Below, piece after piece: positions 24,306 to 35,748 of a stretch of DNA of 64,000 nucleotides. The stretch covers positions 310,001 to 374,000 of the forward strand of contig NW_026778903.1 in NCBI RefSeq assembly GCF_030144855.1, in the 5' to 3' direction. The stretch's first letter is position 1. Every line of letters begins with the position of its first letter. The translations under genes were made by a program, and so were the position numbers. This DNA comes from Hypanus sabinus. Its lineage: Eukaryota. Under the pieces are notes generated by a model. It was not told where the DNA came from. It did no database searches and saw only the letters and a program-made list of their open reading frames with translations.

Positions 24306-24790
24306 CCTGAGGAGAAAGATAAGTTGAGGTGAGGCGGGAACTCTGCAGAATCGGATCCCACCTCAGACAGGAACTGCCCAGGGGGCCATCTGGACTTAAT
24401 TATACTTTGGGGATTGGATTTAATGGAAAACCATGCCTGAATTGGGGTCAGTCAGCCTGCCTGTGTGCGGGGTAAATTGTGTGTTTTTGATTTGATTGAG
24501 TTTTTTTTTACGAGAGGGACTGATGAAGTCTGAGCTGTGTATGCTGCCGACATGGATTTTAGCAAGGCCTTGATGGGAGGCTCATTGGGTTTAAGGTGCG
24601 TGAGATCCCGAGTGAATCGGCTGTTTGGCTTCAGAATTGGCTTCCCCACATCAGACAGAAGGTAGTGGTTGATGAGATGTATTCTGACTGGAAGTATTTG
24701 GACTAGGGGTATTGTGCAGGGATCCGTACTGGGACGTCAGCTGGATGAAACTGTGGATGTATGTGTCAATATGCTTGTAGACGATGGCCC
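24306..24790 (-). pseudogene. Truncated duplicate of the receptor leader-exon acceptor and upstream intron
   Basis: Colinear with 63253-63790 including the embedded CR1 piece; breaks off at the first exon base. Confidence 0.7.
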
Positions 24791-25139
24791 CTCTGGATTG
24801 TTGTGTTAACCGCTGGTCACCCAATACAGGAAGGGTGTGAAGCGGGTGCAGCACAGGTTAACCAGGGTGTTGCCTGGATTGTTGGGTACCTGCTACGTAG
24901 AGAGGTTGAACTGGGGTGGTTTGTGGAGCGTTTGGGGAGAGCTGATAGAAGTTTATGATGTTACCAAAAGCATAGAGGGAGCAGACAGCCGTTGGCTTTT
25001 CCTCAGAGTCGTAATGTCCAACACTAGGAGGACGTGCAGCTATAAAGTTAATGTGCGTGGCAAGTTTTCTTTAGTGGTGAATTCCTGGAATGTGCTGGTG
25101 GAATCCCACATGACAGGTGTTTAAAAGGCTCGAGAAATA

Positions 25140-26530
25140 TACATGAATATAGACAATAGGTGCAGAAGTAGACCATTCGGCCCTTTGAGCCTGCACTGCC
25201 ATTTTGAGATCATGGCTGATCAACTACTATCAATACCTGGTTCCTGCCTTGTCCCCGTATCCCTTGATTCCCCTATCCATAAGATACCTATCTAGCTCCT
25301 TCTTGAAAGCATCCAGAGAACTGGCCTCCACTGCCTTCTGAGGCAATGCATTCCAGACCCCCACAATCTGGGAGAAGAAGTTTTTCCTTAACTCTCTCCT
25401 AAATGACCTACCCCTTATTCTCAAACCATGCCCTCTGGTACTGGACTCTCCCAGCATCTGGAACGTATTTCCTGCCTCTATCTTGTCCAATCCCTTAATA
25501 ATTTTATATGTTTCAATCCGATCCCCTCTTAATCTCCTTAATTCCAGCGTACACAAGCCCAGTCTCTCTAACCTCTCTGCGTAAGACAGTCCAGACATCC
25601 CAGGAATTAACCTCGTGAATCTACGCTGCACTTCCTCTACAGCCAGGATGTCCTTCCTTAACCCTGGAGACCAAAACTGTACACAATACTCCAGGTGTGG
25701 TCTCACCAGGGCTCTGTACAAATGCAAGAGGATTTCCTTGCTCTTGTACTCAATTTCCTTTGTAATAAAGGCCAACATTCCATTAGCCTTCTTCACTACC
25801 TGCTGCACTTGCTCATTCACCTTCAGTGACTGATGAACAAGGACCCCTAGATCTCTTTGTATTTCTCCCTTACCCGACTCTATGCTGTTCAGATAATAAT
25901 CTGCCTTCCTGTTCTTACTCCCAAAGTGGATAACCTCACACTTATTCACATTAAACATCATCTGTCAAGTATCTGCCCACTCACCCAGCCTATCCAAGTC
26001 ACCCTGAATTCTCCTAACATCCTCATCACATGTCACACTGCCACCCAGCTTAGTATCATCAGCAAATTTGCTGATGTTATTTTCAATGCCTTCATCTAAA
26101 TCGCTGATGTAAATCGTAGACAGCTGTAGTCCCAATACCAAGCCCTGTGGCACCCCACTAGTCACCACCTGCCATTCTGAGAAACACCCATTCACCGCTA
26201 CCCTTTGCTTTCTATCTGCCAACCAGTTTTCTATCCATGTCAATGTCTTTCCCCCGATGCCCTGAACTTTGATTTTACCCACCAATCTCCTATGTGGGAC
26301 CTTATCAAATGCTTTCTGAAAATCGAGGTACACTACATCCACTGGATCTCCATTGTCGAACTTCCTGGTTACATCCTCGAAAAACTCCAATAGATTAGTC
26401 AAGCATGATTTACCCTTGGTAAGTCCATGCTGGCTCGGCCGAATCCTATCACTGCTATCTAGTGATGCCACTATTTCATCCTTAATAATGGACTCTAGCA
26501 TCTTCCCCACCACCGATGTCAGGCTGACAG
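25140..26530 (-). mobile_element. Young 5'-truncated CR1 LINE
   Basis: ORFs 25965..26513 and 25230..25961 share a frame, split by one stop (WADT*QMM); YLDFQKAFDKVPH and KFADDTKLGG RT motifs. Confidence 0.95.
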
Positions 26531-26620
26531 GCTGCCCAATGAATCAGAATCTCTCTGCCTCTGGTGCTGCCGGAACAGAAGGTGATGAGATAGTGTCGCA
26601 AAATACCGCATGTGGGGCAT

Positions 26621-26850
26621 ACCGCGCCTCTTGCTCCGCCCCTCCTGCTCGCGCACCGCGCCTCTTGCTCCGCCCCTCCTGCTCGCGCACCGCGCCTCTT
26701 GCTCCGCCCCTCCTGCTCGCGCACCGCGCCTCTTGCTCCGCCCCTCCTGCTCGCGCACCGCGCCTCTTGCTCCGCCCCTCCTGCTCGCGCACCGCGCCTC
26801 TTGCTCCGCCCCTCCTGCTCGCGCACCGCGCCTCTTGCTCCGCCCCTCCT
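26621..26850. repeat. 34-bp GC-rich minisatellite (about 7 copies)
   Basis: ACCGCGCCTCTTGCTCCGCCCCTCCTGCTCGCGC repeated exactly. Confidence 0.95.
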
Positions 26851-27044
26851 GCCCCTCACCGGCGGGAACTGGTTCTTGGTCTTTTCACAGACACATTGAA
26901 ACGCTACAGCGCAATACAGGCCCTTCGTCCCACAAAACTGTGCCGAACATGTCCGTTCTGTCATGCTTTTGTAGTTTATCGTATGTTTGGTGATACTTTA
27001 AATTAATAAAAGACTTCACTCCCTTTAACTTCATTCACTCACAA

Positions 27045-27340
27045 GAAGTGAGAATCTGGACAGTTCCGTTCCAGATTCACACAGAGATTCGCTAAACACA
27101 GACACTACCCCCATCCCGCGACCTGAGCCCAGCTCCCGGTGCGGTAGGTGTCTGTCCCCGTCTCGGCAATAACGGTCCGGTAGTGCAACACCACCGTCAC
27201 GGTCCCGGGATTTTTACCTGAGGATAATTGGCTGTGTGATAATCCCATACACCGGGCAGAGAACCGCTCCAAACCCCATCGCGACCGCTGTGGAGTGACA
27301 GACTCCGGTTCTCTGGGGCTGGGCCAGCTCAGCTATGACG
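27045..27340 (-). pseudogene. Highly decayed V-type Ig exon relic
   Basis: AQPQRTGV..; VVLHYRTVIAETGTDTYR; NGTVQILTS before gtgagt; stops and frameshifts. Confidence 0.45.
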
Positions 27341-27426
27341 CTTCATTCTATAACGCCAGATGAGAAATCTGTACAGATTGGTACAGCTTGTTGTCCCTCA
27401 GCGTTGAGATCTGCTTCCGCGTCTTT

Positions 27427-29055
27427 TTTTAAATTTTTTAAAACTTTTTTTATTGTATTTCAAGTAGTTGCAAAATAAAAGTAGAGGAAAAAAATGTATA
27501 TTACCCATCCCCCCTCCCCTTAGCCCCTCCCCCTAGCATCCCTAAAAAAAAGAGAAAGAAAGAAAGCAAAAAAAGAAAGTTTGCCTGGATATTGGGAGAT
27601 CCCCACATGCTCCATGGAGTTCCTAATAACTTTAATATATATATATATATATATAGATATTTATTTATTTCCCCAAATAACCAATTATTTCATGTTCGGA
27701 GCATCTATATATTTAATCCTGTCTTTTGTAAACAAGGGAGCCAAATTTTCAAAAATGTTTCATATTTATCTCTTAAATTATGTAATTTTTCAAGTGGAGT
27801 ACAGCTATGAATTTCTTTCTTCCAACGATCTATACTTAAATATGTATCCAAATAACTGCTTCTGCCAATACAATTTTTATAAATACTTTCTGATATTTAT
27901 TCAATTTGGGTATCGGTTTTATCCCTTCAATATCACCTAATAAAAATAATATTGGATTATGTGGAAGTTGTATTCCAATAATTTGTTCCAATAAAACACT
28001 TAAATTTGTCCAAAAAGGTTGAATTTTAGAACAAGACCAAGTAGAATGTAAAAAAGTACCAATTTCTTGGTTACATCGGAAACATTGATCAGATAAATTT
28101 GGGTTTAATTTATTTATTTTTTTGTGGTGTAATATATAATTGATGTAAAAAGTTATATTGCACTAATCTTAACCGGATATTTATTGTATTTGTCATACTC
28201 TCAAGACATAGTCTTGACCAATTTTTTTCTTCAATTTTAATATTCAAGTCACTTTCCCATTTTTGTCTTGCTTTATGGACTCCTTGTTTAATTGCCTGTT
28301 TTTGAATCAAATTATACATACAAGAAATGAATTTTTTAATCTTTCCTTTGAATTAAAGTTTCTATTTCATTAGATTTTGGCAATAACGTTGTTTGACCTA
28401 ATTTTTCTCTTAAATAAGCCCTTAGTTGAAAATAACAAAAAAGTGTTGTTTTATACTTTATATTTATTCTTTAATTGATCGAATGACATTAATATACCTC
28501 CTTCAAAACAATCACCTATATATCTAATCCCTTTTTGAAACCAATTATATAAAAGTTGATTATCCATTGTAAAAGGAATAAGTCTATTTTGAATTAAAGA
28601 TCTCTTTGCTAATAAGGATTAGTAGGTATTAGTAGGTAGAGTAAATGCCATAAAAATGAATATATTTCCTAGATTACAATACTTATTTCAATCACTACCA
28701 ATACAAATACCCCAGAAGTTTTTTCAAGAGTTAAATATGTGAGGAAGTTTCTTTGGAAAGGTAAGATGTCAAGAATATCGTTGGAAAAATTGACATGGAA
28801 ATTTGATCTAGGAGGGTTACAACTTCCAAGTTTTAAGTATTATTATAAAGCAAATCAACTTAGATTTATTGCATCCTTTTTTGAGAAAGATAAACTGGCA
28901 TGGGTTAGAATAGAACTAGATAAAATAGGAGAAAATATACCAGAAGATTTTATATCTAAATGGATACGGGAAAAGAAAGAATCTCCTATATTAAAACATT
29001 TGATTGACTTATGGAATAAGATAAATGTTGACGATGAGATAAAGAAATCCTTATT
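27427..29055 (-). mobile_element. L1 with 5' inversion (twin priming)
   Basis: T-rich tail at left; - strand to 28620, + strand ~28628-29055; TSD TGCTTCCGCGTCTTT / TGCTTCTGCATCTTT. Confidence 0.85.
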
Positions 29056-29106
29056 TGCTTCTGCATCTTTCAATGACAGAGTCTATATATTGTGACAACA
29101 TATTAA

Positions 29107-29385
29107 AGTGGTTGCCACAAGAGGACACAGATTTAAGGTGCTGGGGAGTAGGTACAGAGGAGATGTCAGGGGTAAGTTTTTTACTCAGAGTGGTGAGTGG
29201 GTGCAATGGGCTGCCAGCATGGTGGATACCATAGGGTCTTTTAAGAGATTTTCGGACAGGTACATGGAGCTTAGAAAAATAGAGGGCTATGGGTAAGCCC
29301 AGTAATTTCTAAGGTAGGGACATGTTCGGCACAAGTTGGTGGGCCGAAGGGCCTGTATTGTGCTGTAGGTTTTCTATGTTTCTAA
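29107..29385 (+). mobile_element. CR1 3' end
   Basis: TRGHRFKVLGSRYRGDVRGKFF; same family as 188-640. Confidence 0.8.
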
Positions 29386-29899
29386 CCTACACATAATACT
29401 CCAAATTAGGCCTCAACTATATCATTCAACATCTCCATAACATCCCTTATCCTGTACTCAATTTATGAAGGTTAACTTGCCAAAAGTTTTCTTTCCAACT
29501 CTGTGTGACTGACTCCTGAGTAAATACATATGCAAAAGCTCCACTTAAGATCTCCCACATCTCTTTAGGCTCCACACGGCTTACCAACTGATCTTCCAGG
29601 GACCAATTTTGTCCCTTGCAATCCTTTTGATCTTAACATACCTGTAGAATCCTTTACGATTCTTCTTCATGTCTGCTTCAGCAATTTTGTGTCTTAGTTC
29701 TCCCGATTTTTTTTTAAGTGTTCTTACATTTCTGTACTCCATAAGTACCTCATTTGTTCCTACCTGCCTCTACCTGCTATGCAATGTTTTTTTTTATTAA
29801 CCAGGGCCCCAGGATCTCTTGAAACCCAGGGTTCTCCAAACCTGTTATCGTCATAATTATATTCTGACACACACACATAAGTTTTGAACCACAAGCTAG

Positions 29900-30860
29900 A
29901 GAAAATCTGCAAATGTTGGAAATCTAAGCAACACACACCCTATCTCTGGTGGGTGGGCGGGTGGATCGAAAGGATACAGGTGAGGACAATGTTGATGGTA
30001 GAGTATGGGAAGCTCATTTCTTTGAAGAAGGAGAACATGTAGAAATGCCATCCCCTTCTCTCAATTCCTCTATCTCCAATGCACCTGCTCTTGGAATGAG
30101 CCTTTTCATTCCAGAACTGAGACTACTTCTTTGGTAATGACTCTCCAACCCACACAGATGAGCCCTTCTTCTGTCTTCAACCCTCCTTCTTTTCCTCAAC
30201 ACCCCAGTCTGGTCTTCTGCCTGCACTGGATATTTCCATTGTTAACTGCTGACAAGACATCAACTGTCTTCACCTCTCTCAATTCTAACCTCACTGCTTT
30301 GGAATGCAATGCTCTCCTCACTCACCACACTAATCCTAACCTCACCATCAAACCTGCAGGTGGTATGGGGTGGAAGTACTGTAATAGTTTGGAGGACTGA
30401 CTTCTACCTTGCTGAAAGCAGGTGACAACTCTCAGATACTTCCTCTTACTTATCACTTGAAGAGGACTCCGCTAAGGAGCACAAGATCCATTGTCTGCCA
30501 TACCCTCTGACCCTATCAACTGTAAGGATCTGCCTTCAACCCCACAGTTCCCTTACACTGCATGTCCTGTTTTAACCTCATACCCAAAATCCACAAACCT
30601 ACCAGTATACGTGGACACATTGTTTCTGCTTGTTCCTGCCCCACCAAACCTGGATCTGCATACCCCTGTTTCGGCCTACATCCTGCTGACATTTTTATAG
30701 AACGTCAGGTTCTATTGCCCTGATCATCTTATTTTCACCTCCAGACCCAGCCAGTTCCCCTCCACCACCAATCTCCTCCATCAGGCAAAAATGGTGCTCA
30801 CTCTCAATAATTTCTCCTTTGGTTCTTCCTATTTCCTTCAAACCCAAAGTGTAGCCATGA
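29900..30860 (+). mobile_element. Penelope RT fragment
   Basis: LIKPADK-like and FLQTQSVAMST (FLQTKGVAMGT-like) remnants. Confidence 0.6.
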
Positions 30861-31590
30861 GCACTCTTCCATTTAGAAATCAGATGGCGGAGGGGAAGAA
30901 GCTGTTCCTGAGTTGCTGAGTGTGTGCTGTCAGGCTTCTGTACCTCCTATCTGATGGTAATAGTGAGAAGAGGGCATGCCCTAGGTGCTGGAGGTCCTTA
31001 ATAATGGACGCTGCCATTCTGAGACACCACTGCTTGAAGGTGTGCTGGGTACTTTGTAGTCTAGTACCCAAGGTGGAGTTTCTAACCCTCTGCAGCTTCG
31101 TCCTGCCTTGTGCATTCCCCCCCCCCCCCATACCAGACAGTGATGCAGCCTGTCAGAATACTCTCCACGGTACATCTGTAGAAGTTTTTGAATGTATTTG
31201 TTGACATACCAGATCTCTTTAAACTCCTAATGCAATATAGGTCCCCAGGTTAGGTCCTCAGAAATCTTGACCCACGGGAATTTGAAACTGCTCACTCTCT
31301 CCACTTCTGATCCCTCTTTGGGGATTGGTATGTGTTCCTTTGTCTTACTCTTCCTGAAGTCGACAGTCAGCTCTTTCATGTTACTGACGTTGACTGCCAG
31401 GTTTTTGCTGCGATACCACTCCACTAGTTGGCCTATCTCGCTCCTGTATGCCCTCTTGTCACCAACAATTGTTGTATCATCAGCAAATTTATAGATGGTA
31501 TTTGAGCTAAGCCGAGCCACACAGTCATGTGTATAGAGAGAGTAAAGCAGTGGGCTAAGCATACACCCTTGATGTGCACCAGTGTTGAGG
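30860..31590 (-). mobile_element. L2/Rex-type LINE RT fragment
   Basis: [23 protein letters not shown]. Confidence 0.8.
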
Positions 31591-34500
31591 AGATGTTATC
31601 ACAGACATTTCCAATGGTCTGATATTAACTCTCGCTTCTCTTATATTTCAGGAAAAACATTTAGTACCCTCTTGTATATTATTGGCTGTCTTACCTTCAT
31701 ATTTCAACTTCCATACCCCTCACCCCCCATGTGTTTTTGCTGCATTCTGTTGGTTTTTAAAGCTTCCCAATCATTACATTTCCCACTAATTTTTGCTCTG
31801 TTTTCAGCTTTTCTGCTGTCTTTGATTTACCTCCTCAGCCACGGTTCCCTCGTCCTCCCTTTAGAATACTTCATCTCTGGGACTCAGGATCCACATGCGT
31901 AATGTTGCATGAACACTATCAGCAAAGCACTCTGGTGCAATATTGGCTCCATTTTGCTACAACAAGTAAAGTATATTTCCACATCTCCTTTTTGTCATTT
32001 CAAGACAGCACTACATTTCACCCAACAGAGTAATTGAAATATGTGTATATGTATATAAAGCAATGATGCCGTTTCAAAGCCCTATCCAAAATTCCCTTTT
32101 CATCTGTGTTTGTAAGTACAGCAACACAGGAGACCCTTTCTCTGAAAGATCAGAATCCCAAGCCACTCTGCTCTGTAATGCTACTGTATGAGCAGCCATC
32201 GGTTCTGCGACAACTTGCTTAATGCTTATTGGGTTTGATCAAATGCATGTGGAGTTTCATTCATTTAGCACCAGCTGCTCCCTCCCTGTCCCAGAGGCAT
32301 TCCCTTTATGCTCGGACACCATTGGGCGCTCCCACCCTGGCCTAATCCACCGAGACCTCACCACCAGCCCGACATACACTATCATTACTGATTCTGCCAT
32401 ATCACCTCAACGTCTACCAGAGGCATCACAATGATGATGCCAGGAACCGTAGTTCAAAGAGTTCCATCCGGCCAATGGAAGATCATCAACTCATTAGGAG
32501 CTTGTTGGTTTTAGGTGACGTACTGAATCTCTACAAACTTCTAAGAAAGTAGATGTGCTGTGGTGCCTTTGTGATGAGGCTCATGTGCTGGTCCCAGGAC
32601 AGATCCTCTGACATGTTCACCCCAAGGAACTACAGCTAATTGACGCTCTCCACCTCTGATCTCTTAATGATGCGTGGGTCATGGACCTCTGATTTCCTCC
32701 TGCTGTAGTCAATAATCAGCTCTTTGGTGTTGCTGATGCTGAGTGAGAAGTTGTTGTGCCACCATACAGAGACATTTTCAAACTCCTTCCTTTATGCTGA
32801 ATCATGACACCTTCCAATCGGCCCACATTGATGATGTTGTTATTTACCTTTAATATCTTTTCATGTTGACAAATTCGCCCATGTTGACCAACAACTTTTA
32901 ATGCTGGCAAATTCTACATGTAGGATGTAAAATAACTTTTAACATTTACAAATTATGCATGTAACTTTAATGACTTTTACTGTCAGCAAATAATACATGT
33001 AGCCTTGAATTATCAATGTAACAAATTCTACATCTAAATTTGACAATGTAATTTGCACATGTACCTTTAACGACTTAATGTTGGCAAACTCCACATTGAG
33101 GGTTCACAACTTTTAATGTTGGCTAGAAGCTACAGAGAACAGTAGAAGGAGTGAGAGCTATTACTGATACAGCCGTTACAATGATTGAGGGACATCTACA
33201 GGAGGTAATGTCTTGGGAAGGCAACATCCATCATCACGGGTCCTCACAAACCAGACCATGTCATCAGACCAGAGGTATGACAGCCTAAAGGCAGACATCT
33301 CAAGGTTCAACGACACCTTCCTCTCCGCTGCTATCAGGTTCTTGAACCTACCTACAAAAAAACCCTGTCACTGTCTATGATTGTGTCTTCCCCACCTTCA
33401 GCCTGCACTGATGTTTGAGTAATTAATTAGTAATTTATCAACATAATTGCATCAACATGTACCATCTTGAGATTTGTGGTCTTACAGCCAGACATAAAAC
33501 AAGAAACTCAAAATAACCCATTAAAAGAAACAACAAACACGCAAACAAACAAGCCTTCTGAAGGCTTCACTCTTACCAAGTACACCTTTGCTAGAAAACA
33601 TCTCGTCTCAATCCACACTTGCTAGATCCTTTCCAATACCATCAAAGTTGCCCTTTCTCCATTTAGAATGTCAATCCCAGGACCAGACTTACCCTTTTCC
33701 ATAATTACCGTGAAACTAATGGCACTGTGAAACCTAGTGTGTTACTTGTCTGAGTTCAACTGCATCTGCAATTCCTTGATTCAGTTCCCCAGGTCATCTG
33801 GAACTCACAAAAATGTGAGATAACACCCTTCACTGCCCACGAGCTCACCAATTTTGGTGATATGTGCAAACTTACTTGAACAGCATGAGGGTGCCTGTAG
33901 ATTGGGTGTTTGTAAACCTGTGATATGTGGTCTCCTGTCTGTTCTCACTCCTGAACTGCTCCCAATCACTCAGTGAGTTTGTCTGCACCTTCTCCCCATC
34001 AGAGACATCCTCCACCCCCACTCCCCCCTGCAGTTCCACAAGCAGAGTTTACAATTTACCTGCTTCTCCATTTTGATAATTGCTTTATTATTCTCACTTG
34101 TACTGAGGAACAGTGAGGAGCTTTAATTTGTGTCCTGTCCTGTAAGATCATGCCTACATCAGCACAGCAGTGCAGTGCAAATGGGAAACAGAATACACAA
34201 TACTATTAGAGTTACAGAGAAAATCGGGTGCAGGTAAACAATCAGGGCCACAATGTTCTCATTGGAAGATCGGGAAGTCACAAGACTCATACCACAGCTC
34301 CCACAGTTGCTACCTGACCTGCTGAATGTTCCCATTATTTCCGGATTACATTTCCAATCTCCATCCCCTACTCCCTCACTCTGGGCCGAACACTTCAATG
34401 TAACAATGATATATTGCCATAAATACAAGATAACTACAATAAATATTTACAACACTGATCCCTCTCACAGCAGGGAGGGATAGTTGCTGTTCGCATCCTA

Positions 34501-34829
34501 GAAAGCAGACTCCATCATTCCCACATCTAATTCCTTAAGAGGTGTGGGAAAGGCAGAAATTAGTGGCATGAGATTTTGAACAGTGTGAAATGCCTGTGCT
34601 TGTATACACAGTCCAATGCCAGGGTTTACATAGGTGACCCAGGGATGCACGTACACCCAGAGGTCCAGTAATTCCCCCCCCCCCCCCCGATACATTGGAC
34701 GCCTGAGAGAACCATCAATTCTAACCGGGAATAGGTTGGGCTGGAATGTCACAAAACTATACAACACAGGTAAAGGTCCTTCAGCTGGTCTTTCCACAGG
34801 GGAATTCCTCCCCTCTGCAAGTGTTTTTT

Positions 34830-35320
34830 TGAGGAGGTAACTATAAGAATTGACAAGGTTGGCTCGGATACAGATCGGATGGAAAGTTGGGTCGATAGAG
34901 ACAGATGAGAATTTAATACAAATGAGGACAAGGTGATGTATTCTGGGATGTCAAATTCTGGTAGAACAACCACAGTTTATGATGGGACACCGGGGGGGTG
35001 GAACAGAGAGTCCGTGGGATACAATTCCAGAGACCCCTGAAAGCAACTACACCATGGGACAGGATACTGAAGTCATACAGTGCAGTTCCCTTCAGAGGTC
35101 AGGGGATGGAATGGAAAAGCTGGGATGTTATGTTAGAACTTGACAAGATACTGGTCAGACTGCACTGTGATCACTGTGTGCAGATCAGCTGACTGCACTA
35201 CAAGAAGGTTGGGGTCACATTGGAGGGAGAACCGAGGAGATACACTATGATGTTGTCTGGATCGAGAGGTGGGGGCTTTAGTCATGTGGAGTGATTAAAC
35301 AGGTTGGAGCAGATTCCTGA
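34830..35320 (+). mobile_element. CR1 fragment plus adjacent repeat, copy of 13130-13740
   Basis: Colinear similarity by eye with 13.1-13.7 kb. Confidence 0.6.
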
Positions 35321-35748
35321 GGGCAGACGATGGACATGCTGCTTGAGGTATCAGCCCTGCTGATTGTGGGATCTCACTCTGCATTGGCACCCTGTGCACG
35401 TCCATCCAGGCCAACATTCTCAGACATTTTTTCCGATGTCTCCTGGAGGGACAACAGAGGGGAAGGTCACAGAGTCTGTTCACCGAGCAACAGAGGCGGT
35501 GAGCGATGTGGGGCATCGGACAGCACATCTCGAGTACTATCATTGCTACAGCTAACTTACAACACATCAGGGTATTCACTTCAAATCTTATCTCTATCTT
35601 GTTTAGCCTCTTCACTTCAATTATCTTGATTATGAATTGCAGCAAGTGAGCAAGCCGGTAACTCAGTCTTCACCATTTCAGTAACAATCTGAATATCCTT
35701 CTTTAATCAATATTGAAATATTATTAGCCCTAGGAATCTGCCCCCATC

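Noticed and set aside
26353-27006. Arg/Ala-rich ORFs
   Set aside because: Produced by the 34-bp minisatellite and antisense CR1
33876-33886. ATG CTG TTC AA|gtaagt as exon 1 of another gene A paralog
   Set aside because: No matching 47-nt leader exon or ectodomain exon was found downstream
34159-34428. Hydrophobic ORF as TM exon
   Set aside because: Antisense of a common repeat-like segment; no splice signals
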